DNA of 64,000 bases from the NCBI GenBank assembly GCA_964247055.1, contig OZ176054.1, positions 11,594,001-11,658,000 on the forward strand, read 5' to 3'. The stretch comes from Paragordius varius. Lineage: Eukaryota > Animalia > Nematomorpha. The translations under genes and the position numbers were made by a program. How positions within the stretch are numbered: the first letter of the stretch is position 1; every line of letters begins with the position of its first letter. The notes under the pieces were generated by a model, which saw nothing but the letters and a program-made list of their open reading frames with translations, was not told the DNA's origin and ran no database searches. This document shows positions 25,201 to 38,800 of this stretch, in pieces.

Positions 25201-26321
25201 ATAACCTCACAATAATTATTGAATTGTTTAGAAAAACATATGGCTAGATTTGGTTTCCCGAGACAGATAGTCACCGATAATGGGCCATATTTTACATCCC
25301 ATGAATTCAGAAGTACCTTACATAATCTTAATATAAAACATATTTTGGTTAGTTCATACCATCCCAAGTCCAATGGATTGGTTGAAAGATGTATTGCGAA
25401 CCTAAAATTTCGATATAAAGCTACCAAAGACAATGCATGCATACGAGGCAATCAACACAATTTTATATGGCTATCGAAACTCCAGTGCAATTATGAATAC
25501 ACCATCGCAAGTCTTTCTGAAGAGACACCCAAATGGTCCAATGTCATGGCTCAAATCGCAAACAACTGAGTTTATCGATAAAGAAATAGAACCGACTCGC
25601 CGATTCGTTCCAAGGGAGAAGGTTTTTATTATGAATGAAATAGAAAAAGGATGGAGGGCAGGGGAAGTATTAGAACGCGGGGGTCCATTGTCATATATGG
25701 TAACAGACGAAACCGACAGAGTCCTCAGAAAACACGCTGATCAATTAAACAAGAATGGAATGTCCGAGAACAACCACGCCAGCGCCCGAAACACCAATTA
25801 ATTCAGAAGAAAATACCTCTATTCCACTAGATCTTGAAGCCGCAAACAATGACATACAATCATCGACGATAAACATAAAACACATCATAACAACGCAAAT
25901 CCGACAACGAGTATAGACAAACCTAAACCCAGGTATCCACAACGCCAGCGAAAACCCCCAGACCGCGCTACTATAGGGGGAAGATAATGTTAATTGGTTA
26001 TAACCTTAAATTAAATTATTATTTATATTTATGACATTGAATTTATTACAAATGGTATTCTAATTATAGTTGCCAAGTTTTTAACGTTAAATTATTATTA
26101 TTTATATTTTTGACATTGTATTTAAGTAATTTAATTATTATTATATATATGGATATTTTATATGACATTGTATTTGATACAAATAGTATTCTAATTTATT
26201 ATTGTTAATTATCCTTGCTAAAATATATAGATACACCTATACCACTACAAAGCAATCAGTTAATAAATGAACTCAATTTGAGATAATAAATTATAATTAG
26301 TTACTATTATAAATTCATTCA
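22205..26321 (+). mobile_element. decayed Ty3/Gypsy LTR retrotransposon, lineage B (gag-PR-RT-RNaseH-IN)
   Basis: The 5' LTR stub 22205-22238 matches the end of the 3' LTR (25988-26321). The PBS TGGTGCCGTGA (tRNA-His type) is at 22240-50 and the gag ATG at 22251. Also present: two CCHC knuckles, protease LFDTSA, RT YLDD (~23840), RNase H DAS/TDHKPL, integrase HH-CC and D..TDNGPYF..SNGLVER, and the PPT AGGGGGAAGA. Many stops and frameshifts. Confidence 0.93.
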
Positions 26322-26573
26322 ATTGGTATAAGAAGACTGATGACAGCTGACTTACGCGGCGATTTATTTTAATTTAAAAACAAAAATAATGTTTCAGGAG
26401 CAAACACGTTTTTGAGATTTGTAATCTTTTAATAACTTTGACTACGAATCACGCTATGCTCTGAAAGTTCTCTTCAGATAATTAGATAGTTTATCATATA
26501 TGTATCAAATTTTATAAAATCTCTATACAAAATCCATATTTATTAAATAATTAATACGTAAAAGGCATCACGC

Positions 26574-27539
26574 TAATGTGATCAGATATTTTAAACTTGA
26601 CGCAGTACAAAATTAAAACATACTTTGCCTGTTTTTACGCCATCGGTGTGGTATATTTCACAGTTAAAAAAGATCCTGATGAAATATATATATATATATA
26701 TTCTGATAGGAAAACATCAGGATTATCATGGTGCTTTTGGTTTTAACCTTTACGAGTTATTAAAAGAAGTTATTTACATTTTTGTGGTAAGTGCTCCGTA
26801 TAAAATTGCAAAAGATGCGCAATTTTTTCAAATGTATTTCAAAAAATACCACTAAAATATATAAACTACATATAAAAGCATCAATATTTTTAAATTTAGC
26901 TTTTAGATGTGGGCTCTGAAAGTCTTAAATTTTTTGGCTCTTTTAAAATGAACTGTTCTCTTAAAATAAACGCAAAAATACTGACATTGTGCAATAATTT
27001 TAAATTAAATTAATCTCAACCTATATTAATGTTCAATATCATCAAATTATTTAGCAAAAGGGTTTTATTTATATAAAGCGTTATACCGTTTCCATCATGC
27101 TTCAAAATAATTTGAGTAGCTTCAACAAAACAACTCAAATTTATTTATGCAATAAATAAGAAATATCATAAAAATTAAAGTTTAGCAAAAAAATTAAGAA
27201 ATATCATACCTCCCGCCTAATAAGTGCATATAACGTAAAAAAACTCCAAATTTTTTAATACGAAAACAGGTTATTTCGAAATCATATGCCATGCTTAATA
27301 AATTTTAAATAATATGGAACCATTTCTTTACAAATTATGGGGTTCTTTTTACAGAGGGTACTAAATTAAATTCTAAAATAATTTTTTTGAATAAATAAAA
27401 GGTAATATATATATATATTTTCAAAAAATTAAATTTTTTTAATTTCAAAAAGCAGTACAAAAGTGGCCGCAGTACAGGGGCAGTTTTTTTCCGAAAACCC
27501 AGTACTGTACTGCGAAAAACAGCCTATCTGGTCACATTA
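26574..27539. mobile_element. non-autonomous hAT-like DNA transposon (966 bp) carrying a foldback fragment
   Basis: 15-bp TIR TAATGTGA(T/C)CAGATA. Perfect 8-bp TSD CATCACGC (26566-73, 27540-47). Subterminal GCAGTAC repeats. Confidence 0.82.
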
Positions 27540-29966
27540 CATCACGCTAATGTAGCATTGTCTAACCTATTTTAAACATTTTGCCAATGAACAATATGAG
27601 AACATGAATAAAAATTACTGGTGGGATATCTTCTGGTACAAACTCAAAATTAGAAGGGTTGGAACGTCCTGATATAAAATATACGAATTTTTACTCATTA
27701 GCATTCGATAATTAAAAATAAGGTAGTTTTTCAAATACCTCCCTTTATGCTCGCATCTATAATAATAGCAGATAAGACTCAAAAGACGTATTATTACAGG
27801 CGAAATCAACATAATAATATGACAAACAATGAAAATTACATTAAGATGTAACTAAATGTACGACTAGACAGTAAATAATATTAACACTCATGAATTTTGG
27901 CTGAAAATATTGCATATAAGGGAAATAACAACCGAAATTCATATATATGTATAAAGTTACATCCATCCTTAATTAATGAATATCCAAAATTTATGTGCTC
28001 TTTTTTATGTCACAAATTGTCGAAATTTGTGGAATATAACCCCAAACCGGTTTCCTCTCTGGGCATGATGGTTGCATCATGACACTTCTTTGATAAAAAT
28101 TTAAAAACATTTTAAATTAAGTTTAAATAAATATATAATTTTTTTCTTAAGTCTAATTAATTTTAAATTTTAAAATTTTTCTATAAAAAATGGTTAAATA
28201 TATTAATTTTAAATACCCCCAAAGTATACTTTTTAACGAATATAATGACAAAATTACAATCTAATTTTAAAATCGGAAAAAGAGTGCATACTAACACCAG
28301 CTTGAGTTAATTGGATATCAAACCTTGAATTGGTTCCATATTTTTAGGCAGTAAATTTAAAAAAGCACTAATTCAATTGTAAAATAATTTTGTGGCTAAT
28401 AAATCCTAATTTTTTTTGAAATTTAAAAACTGTAAAATTTATATTTAAAGGATCACATAATATAAATAAGATTTTTTCTTTGAATAGCCCTTATTTCCTA
28501 TAGCACCCGTGGAAAAAAAAGATATATTCATAAAATTTAAAAAGCCCCTTAAGCTAAACAAAGGTATGTTAGCTTTAAGATAATGTACAAGCTACCCCTA
28601 CGGTTATTACGGAAAAAAAGTTTAATTAAAATTAGATTTTAAAAATAGCCTTAAAAGTTATTTGTTAGACTTGTTCCTAGAACTAAAATTTTATCCAAAT
28701 GAGTACAAAATAACTATTTATATATAAATACATATTTGCCGCGTTTATCATTATCTCAGTGTTATTAATACTTAACATTAAAACATTAAAATTAAAAAAT
28801 TAATTGCTTGTCATCTTTTTTTTTCATGTTTTCACATTTTTTAAATCAAAAGAAAAAATGATAAATCATGTTTGTGTGACAAATTTTAAACATTATAAAT
28901 GTTTTTTTCAAATTACATGAACATTGTTTTTTAACATTGTTAACGGGCCTTTTGAAAAAAAAAACTATATAAAAGCTTAGTCATTGTAAACTTGTAAAAA
29001 AATTATCCCTTAAAACATTAAAATTAAATTTTTTTAACTAATTGTCATTGTGCATTACATAAAATATAATTTGTCTTAAATTTTTTCAATACAAAATTAA
29101 TATTTTTTCGGATTATTTTAATAATATTTTAAGTTTAAAACCAACAAATAATTAATTAATATTCTAAAACAAACAAAAAGGAAAAAGGTAACATTTAAAA
29201 AATTATTTATTGATTTTTATATTATTTTTTTGGCGTTTTATTTCAGTTTTTGAAAATTTACCATAATATTTATTTTTAATTTTAACATATATTATTATTT
29301 ATTTTTTATTTTATTTTTTTGAAATTATCTTTTTTAAAAAAATTATTTAAAAAAATAATTTATCCCCGAAAATTAAATTTTTGCATTAAAAATAAAATTA
29401 ACCCAAAATTTATATTAAATTATATTAGTATTTTTTACAATGCGTAATAATTTTATTTCTAAATATTAATTTTTAATTACAATAATAATTAATGATGAAA
29501 TCTTTGAAATATAAAAAATTAAAATATTTTAATTATCACTTAAAATTAAAAAAGATTTTATATCATTTTAAAAAAACTGGAAAAACCAGAAAATTTTAGT
29601 TTAGTTTTACGTCATAACCAAATTAATAATGTTATTTTACATTTTTATGTTTTTTCCGCCTCGATGACAATGGTTGACAATCAATTTTCTAGTTTTTATG
29701 TTTTTTACATACAAAATTTGCCCGCGGGGTTTATTTTTATTATGCATACATAGTTAACTAACTAATTGAAAATTTTGTTTTTTTAAAATTGTAGTTATAA
29801 ATTTATAATAAGTATATAAATTTAATCAATTTTCTAAGAAAGTTGATTGTGATTTCATGAATTATTATATATATTTTAAATTTTTGATTTAAATTAACTT
29901 TTTTTAATTTTGATTTATAAATTTACTTTTTGTACATTTAAATAATTTCAGCATTTTCCAGTAAAA

Positions 29967-32900
29967 ATGGTCAGAAAATACCTGCTCAAATCAATTAGTT
30001 TTATCAAGCCTGTAAAATACTTGATATGCAGCATTTTACTACTAATATTGCTCCAATGCAAATGGGCATCTTTTCAAAATCTTCCATCAGAGTTGGATGG
30101 CGATTCTATTCTCATGGATTTGAACAACAATGAATTATTCAACAATGAAAATCATAATAATATGTTGCCTTCTTTTTCTGGTTAGTAACGCCATATACAG
30201 TATGCATTTTAATGGTTGCCTATTTCACACTATAGTATAGTTAGACAATTCGCCACACAGTAGTGTATGGAAAAAAGAAAGCAAATACAGTGAGTCATGT
30301 CCATTATTTTATCAAAAATTTATTTTCTTTCGTTTAATGGGTATAAATATTTGTTAAAGAATGGAAAAAACAAGAGCTCTATGGTATTAATTATCCTATT
30401 CATCAAAAAAATATAAGAATTACCATAGAGCTCTTGTTTTTCCATTCTTTATCAAATATTTATACCTATTTAACGAAAAAAATATATTTGATAAAATAAA
30501 GTGACTGTAATTGCTATTAAATACTTTGTTTTTTCCACGCATTCCTGTGTTGCGAATCGCCCACCTATAGTGTTGTGAAATGAACAACAACCATTAAAAT
30601 GCATACTGTATATTTTTTCAGAGCCAAAGAATATATATTTTACTGTAAAATGCAATATTATTTGCTTTAAAAAATTTTAAACTGGTGCATTTGTTAGTAT
30701 CAGAAGAATCTATAATATTTTGTCTTTTTGGGCATATTTTAAACTATGAAATAAAGAAATAGGTTGACAACTAACTATGTAAAGGTTTAAAAATTTAGGG
30801 TGTTGGTTATTTTGATTCTTAAATTATTTTTGCGGAATTTTTTTGTGGAAACTTTTTTCATAATTTCTAACTAAACGTGTTATAAAAAATATTTGATTGG
30901 AATGAATATGTTTTTCAATTCATTTTTACTGCAAAGAAACCGCTACTTTAAGCTAGTTATCAAATTATATAATGTTTAACAATTTTAATATACTCCACTC
31001 AAATATCTCTAATGCGTTTGATGTTCTCAACTTTTTCGTGCAGGATGCCAGATTCGATAAATATAATTGCCCGAATTTTTTTTAAATGAATAATTTTTTC
31101 ACAGCTTTGAAGTAGTTTTATCATTTTTAGAGTCAAATGGATAATTAATCGTTATTTAATGGTTATTTTCAATTTTATATATTGTTATAATTACCCCTAA
31201 GAGTAGATAGCCACAAGGCATAACATATTATTTAGAATAAATTATTGTTAAAAATTTAAATTAGCAGTTGCTAAAAAAGGCAATCATTAATTAGCCAATA
31301 ATCTCTTTTCTTTATCATTTATATATTGAACCAATTCGATAGCATTTAGAATTATAACCCTTTATTAAATATGTAAATACTGTCATAAATTAAGTTAATC
31401 CCGTACTGATATAACTACGATACAACTATTTGACTTAACACGTTAAAAATAAATCCGTATAATTTCCATCTCAATTTTTTATTTCCACTTTAAGGCAATC
31501 GATGAAATACAGTTAGTTCTTTTTAAGCAGGGGGTGTCAACGCAAATGGCTTCTCGGCCCGCATTTTTGAATCGAAAAACGCGGCGGCCCGCAAAATATA
31601 GGGCATTCATAAGGAATTTAGTAGATTTCAAACATAACATTGTAAAATGCTAACAAACACAATATAGCAATTTTTTCTAGTTTATGCCATTTTGGATAGA
31701 CAAGATTATTTAAAAATTTGTTTAGCAAATTTTATTAAGATTTTGTGAGGATATTTTTATAATTTATGGATATCCAAATTTTTCGCGGGCCGTGTGTTGG
31801 CCTGCCCCTAATTTGAAGTAAACGAAATAAATTACTGCAAATCTTATCAGTCACCAGTAAGTAAGTGTATAACTTTTAAGAGGATTTGTAATAAATTTCA
31901 CTAAAATTGCCCTTCCATATATCATGTTATATTTATACATATTTTAGAGGGAACCTTACCCAAAATCAAAATGTTAATTAACCGGAGAAGTCATACGCTC
32001 GTGTTTGAGGGCAAAATGAAAAATGTTTTGGCTGAAACTGCGTCTATCATAAAACCGAACGAAGAAGATTGCTATTTTGTTGGACATATCATGGAGGATC
32101 CTTCAAGCTTGGTCTACCTCGATTTTTGTTCATCGCCACAAGTGGTAAAACTCCTTAATTTTGATTTGCTGTTCTTTAACGTTTTTAATGATACAGTAAC
32201 GAGCACTCTTTTATCGGCTAGGCTATAAGGGTATTTACAGTAACAGTTAGTATCCATGTATAAGACTTTTCTTTTTACTTATATAGTTGAAAATTGTGGG
32301 GAAAAATACGGTTCCATTAAATATGTATCACTAAAAAATGAATCACATACAAGGCAATAAAATACCCTTTAAGCCCCTTTTAAACACACAAACTTTGATA
32401 ACGTTGGTTTATGTAATATAAAATTATGAAAAATTTATAGGGGATGTGTAGTGACAATTACAAAAATTAAAATTGAAACTGGAAAGTCAAAATTTAAGTG
32501 CGTTGTTTTATAAAAAAAAATTTATGGTGGCGATTGGATGAAAAAATGTTGCGATTGGATGAAAAATGGTATATAATTAGGAAGATTCCACGTACTTGCA
32601 AAAAATGAGTTACCGTTAAATTTATTCTTGCAAAATGAAAATCCAATATCATGTTATTGATATAAAACCAGCATGCTATTGTTAAAGGAAAGTATTACAG
32701 TTAAATAGCGCTATTAGCTTGTTTGGTGTTTTAAATGGCTAAAATGATATTTAATTGACATCGCTGTTATGACGTATATAAGATTTTTTTTATTTAGTTA
32801 CATTAAAATTATTGCTAACATAATATTTCATGCTATTCCACAATTTCAGTTATTAGAACTATAAAATGAAATCATACATGCCAACACACATGTAGATTTA

Positions 32901-33011
32901 ATACCCTTTTAGCCAATTAAAAAACCAAAATGGTCAATGATAACTCTCGTTTACGGCAATAATTATAATGGCAAACACATTTAAGATGTGGTAACTTAAG
33001 AAATCTATCAA

Positions 33012-33047
<36 letters not shown>

Positions 33048-35832
33048 CAAAAATTTTGCCTAATAATAATCTCTTATATAAAACATACATACGTAGCATG
33101 GGATTTTATCATTTTACCACAAGCTTTACCGGATTGTGCTAAATCCCATCAAATACACGAGAGACATAAACGACTTGGATTCCTTCATGTATACGGCGGC
33201 ACTTTTTGGGAGGAAAACAGCTCTTTTAGTTGCTGTACCCACGAGTGATTTACACGTTCAAACTTCTAATCAGGATTTAGAAACGTTTTTATCCTACACG
33301 TTTAAATCCATGTCAGATCAGGATTCGGCTTTGGATTTACCCAAATCAGGTATTGTTATAAGAGAATTTTACAGGCGCATGTTTTTAGCTATTATAGCCT
33401 GCAATACATAGAGCTTTTTCACCAAAAAATAATCATATACTTTAAAGAATTTCAATCATTATTATTTAAAAATAATGAGCTTTCATTATCGGGATCTTTT
33501 CAATGTGGCCATCGGTAAATAAAAAGTATAATTATATGATTTGTTTATGTTGTTGATAAATGAATTAAAGTAGCAAATAAATTAGTCCAAAAAATGGTGT
33601 TACCGAGTAATATATTTAAACCTTATTATATGAAGCATAAAGAAAGACATTTTTTGTGTGTTACATATTTTTGCAACCATTATTTTATCCAATAGAATTA
33701 GGAAAATATTTGACAGTCAGCGAATCCGACACTTCAAAGGCTCTGATGATGCCAGGTGAAATACGTTCTTTTGTTCTTAAGGTTGCAGTTTTTACAGAAC
33801 ATTCTTCTGGGTTATCGTATACTCAAGTGAGACAAATAATGAACCAAGTATTCATATATAATTACAGTAAAAATTGAAATTATACAGCAGACGACACAAC
33901 AAAAATTTGAAGAAACAGAACTATAATGACAACCTTATTTTTTGAAACTTATTTTTTTTAATATCAAATAATTAGAATATTACTCCTATAATTAAAAATA
34001 TATTACCATTTTACATCTATGATTCCTTTACAAACCAAAATCGATAAATTATATTTTAAAATAAATATGTAAAGAATACAGTTGTATTTTTGAATAAAAT
34101 ATTTGTCTTTATGTTTTTACGTTTTGTCTGTGTACCCCATCGAACAATTCAAAACCCTTGAACAATTCAAATTCATCCTAAAAATAAATTATTTGTTTTC
34201 GAACTATTATAACTCATTATTAATTTTATGGCATATATTTATTTTTTCAGTATCATTTTAATTTGAAAAATTTTATTTTTTTAAAATATATAAAAATATA
34301 GGTACTTTTAAATCTTAAAAAACATTTAATTTATTTCAGGTTGAATTTGGGATGTTCAAGGGTGAATTTAAATTGCAAATGATATATTAATTTTTACTGT
34401 ATCCTATTTTAAATAATTCATATAATATTGTTGTAAAATGTTTTGCACGCACTGTATTATATTGTGTAACTTTTTTTAGGTTAGTGGATACTATGCCTTA
34501 CAGAATTTGCGACATTTGGACATTGCAATCACCATTGTCCATCATGAATTTATTGGGGTAATTTTAAACAATATAATGCATCAAATTATCAAATAAAACA
34601 TTATTGATTTTTCTAATAGCAAATTTTTTGGGTTGTAAATCTGTAAAATAGGATTAAAATATGTTTAACTAGCTAACTTTGAGCGCTACATATGTTTTTT
34701 ATGAAATCTATTGTAAAAAAATACTACCTTACTTTACGCAATTTAGACTTAAATTGGTTGATTCTTTTTGCCTTGATTTAGAATTTAACTTTATTTAAAA
34801 AATTAACGCCCTGCTTTTCTAACTACAAGTATTTGTTAATATTTAAGTTTTAGATAACTTTTAAATTTTTAATATATTCATTATAGGTATACATATCAAA
34901 TTTAAACGCACATTTGAGTCATAAAAGCATTTATCCTATTTTTATTTGATTCGCAGAGTTATGGTCGAATGGCTGATTCCCTTTTGCGCTCTTTGGGTCA
35001 ATTAGTAAGTAGTAGGAAAAACGGAAATCATCAAAGATGGGATACCGCAATTGTTTTAAGGGGGTATGCACTTATAACAATAGATGAACAGGGCTTTGAA
35101 CCGAGTCGAAAAAAAGTAGAACCGCCTGGCTGGTCCTTAAGAATTCTAAAATAGAGCCGGGGTGGTTTCTGACATTTGGTTGAAAAATCTTGAACCGAAA
35201 CCGGGTTGGTACCAACTCAAGCGTTCCAGTTACTGCTAAAATCTCAGGAACTGTGTTACGGCATCGGTTCAAAGCCTTGAAAAAATATATTTTGAGCGGC
35301 GCTGATTAAGTATTGAACATTTGTTAGTTTCATGAAGTTGATTCGGAAATCGAAGTTTTAAAATATTCATAAGATTTTCCGTATTTAAATTTAAAACTGA
35401 CTTATTTGGTGTAATTAATCTTTTTTAATATCATTTATAAATTGAACTCGTTATTAATTTTTAGTAATATTTATAATATTAAAAATTACTAACAATTTGT
35501 AGATGAATTAATTTGATTAGTAAATAATATCTTATCCTGATTTTTTTAACCATAAAAACGATTGTATTTCAAAATTTAATATATTTTGGCTTGCAACTGT
35601 TATGTTTTATATGATTTCTTATATTTAATCATATGCTACTACTTTAAGCTTTTTGCATTTGGGCTAAAAAAGTTATAGAATACTGAAACAGCAGTCTTTT
35701 TAAGTTTCTGATATTTTACATTAAATTCTCTTATATGGCGCTCTCGCACTTTTTTGTAAGCAAATTATTGATTCAATTTTAAAAATTGAGTCTACTATGA
35801 TGTACCCCCTAACTATTTGACTTTTTATAATA

Positions 35833-35864
<32 letters not shown>

Positions 35865-38800
35865 GTGACCCTATGTACACATATGATAGCTATGGAAAAA
35901 TTGTGCCAATCAAAGGTAATTTACGTTTTTACAGCAATTATTTATAAAATAGCGGTCCTTATGTTTTATGTTTTTTGGTGAAAATAGAATATAGTAATGA
36001 TTTTAATAACATATACTATATGAGCACTTTAAAATATAATGTATAAATCAAGGTAAGGGATTGCGCAATACAAATATCATATTTAAGAGGATTCCAGTTT
36101 TCGGATAAACCAATTAGCAATTTATGAACTAACCAATACAAAATTAAATAAAGAAAGCTGTTTGATATTTATTACGTCTCATAGAATACAAAATTTTTGA
36201 TATGTTATAGCCAAACATGCAAATTTATAAAGGGCGCCGGCCTCTTCTGTGTCTGTGTGGCGTGGCAAAGTTCGAACCCCGAAATTGCGTAATTTTCTAT
36301 CAGCCTTGTCAGCTCTGGCAGGCGAGTATTAAAGCTATCAGAATCTTGATGCAGTTTAAGTCCCTGACCCTTTAAAAGATGAATATTTTAATTTATTAAT
36401 TGATAGCGACATTGGATGATCTTTTTATAAACTTATGTTAAATATTTCAAAATGGTTTAAAGCAGTGGTTCCCAACCTTTTTTGTTCACTCGCCCCACCA
36501 CCAAATTGAAAATGAAAATTCTTGCGTCCCCCTCTCAAAAAAATCCAAGATGAAATATAAAATATAAATCCCAATCAATGAGATCCTTATATCTCATTAT
36601 TTAAGTTTTTTTTCATTATCGGTGACAAATTAACACCTGAAATCCTTAAATTTGTTTCTAGTTTTATTTTTAATTAAATTCTCCAATTTTTTCGCCACCA
36701 TTAAATTTATTCAATGTTATCCGCAATTCAGCTTTTTGAGTTTTTATTATTAATCTATCCCTTTATTTTGTTTGAAATAGGATATGCGACTGTCCGCTCT
36801 CTTTGCATGTCTAGCTCGGTAGCTATCGTAAGTGGGAATATCAATAATTATGCCAATACGGTCGCCCACGAATTAGGCCACAAGTAAGTTTAATAGTACA
36901 GTTAAAAATGGAAATTATAAAGATAAAATGTATACTTTAAGACAAATATTTTTTATGAAGACATCGTTGATTATTTTAATAACAGTTGTTAAAATCCGTA
37001 ATATAACGATAAATGATAATTAAATAGAATTAAATGAAACTATCAATAGAAATTATAAACGATATGTGAAACCCTTCGTCAAAAGTAATCGCAGACTAGT
37101 TTCGTGCGTTAGCACTCATCAGTACGACACAACTATTTGACTTGGGGTTTTCACATATCGATTTCGTACATCTTTGATTATTTTAGTTGATTAATCTATT
37201 TTAGCTTATATTTTTTAGGTTGCAGAATAAGGAAAAGAGATGTAAATTTAATTAAACTACGCTAAACAATATTTTACAATATCAACAGAGTATCCATTGC
37301 ATAAAGATTTCTAACAATACATTAATCTTATAAATTTTTATTCTTCAAAATTTTTGTATTACCCAAATTTAAAAATTCCACTCATTTTTTGCAATTATAT
37401 ACAACTATAAAAATGTAAAAATCAATTTTTCTTTTTTTCCGTTTTTTAGTTTGGGCTTACCCCATGACACTTATGGTACGTGCAGATATCATTACCTTAT
37501 GGCACCTATGTATAGGGGGCAATTACGTTGGTCTGATTGCAGCATAAATCTTCTTCGAAACAACATGTAATATTATTTGGGATTTCTCTTTTATTAATTA
37601 CTATATTTAATATTCCAATCAATTTTATTAAAATTTATTGAAATTATATAGGCAGGGAATAAGATAGGTTAAAATATACATGCGGTTCTCAATAACAAAT
37701 TTAAAAATGTTATTTAATTTAATTAAAAAGAGTGTTGAAAATAAATTTTACATGTGAAATAAACACACGCATATACACATATACTTTTTTAATGATTAAA
37801 AATTTTAAATTTTTTATTGAGACGAAACTCCATTTTGAGTTCCGAAACATGTCTATTTTATCCAATCTTACTGTTTGCTTTTATAGATATTTATATTTAA
37901 TATAATTTTGTGACCGTTATGATCATTTACATTTCAAATTTACCCTTGACAATTCAAATTCTCCCTTGAACAATTCGAATTCACCCTATGTGTGTTTTCG
38001 AACTAATATAACTCATTATTAATATGAAATATATCTTTACGGTTTTGTTCATTATTTTTGTATCTAAAAATATTAAAAAATATAGGTGATATTTAATTTA
38101 CAAACACATAATTTTTATTAAGGGTAAATTTGAATTGTTCAAGGGTGAATTTTACGTGTAAATGGTATATAAGTAGAGCATGGTGTAAAAAATATTGAGT
38201 AAAAAAGAAGCATGTTTTACCGTAAGCTATAAATATTCAATGATTCACAATATACACTCTCGTAAACTAAATTATAATGTAAAAATATATCTTACAATTA
38301 ATTTAAAAAGTGTAAATATTGTAAGCTCTGTTGAGTCGATTAAATTTTGTAAATGAATAAGGCGGCTCAAAAAATCCAATTATGAAATATATATTTTTCT
38401 TCCTATATTTTATATATATATATATATATATATTATTTTTCTCCCAACTTTTCCTGAACTATAAAAATGGTATTTAATTTTCCTGTTACCAGTAAAAATT
38501 GAATTATAAGGTGAAGTAGCAACATGTTTTTTAAAGTTTATTTTTTCAAGTATAATCTATCTTTTTGTGTTGTTAAATAAGGAATAAATGGAAATTGATA
38601 ACAAAACCTTCTATATTTACGATTTGAATCATAGAAAATATATAGAAAAATTTAGGCTAAAAAATATAGCTGTGTTTGAAAAAAAGACTTGTCTTTGGAC
38701 GTTTAATCTTGTTAATGTGTAAAATATCGCGGATTATAGCTTTTTGGGCCATTTTTTACCCACTTAAACTGGCTAATTCGCCCGAGACCCTGGTTTGTTT

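Noticed and set aside
27620-28090. Coding-like patches on the minus strand
   Set aside because: They are interrupted by stops and have no recognisable family. Possibly a decayed transposon.
33136-33411. 91-aa ORF inside the metalloprotease gene
   Set aside because: No similarity is apparent in that frame. A different frame (LPDC..RHKR) fits the protease better, and the true exon limits are unresolved.
36230-36370. GC-rich patch with GTTCGAACCCC (B-box-like), possible tRNA or SINE
   Set aside because: There is no cloverleaf, no convincing A box and no second copy in the window.
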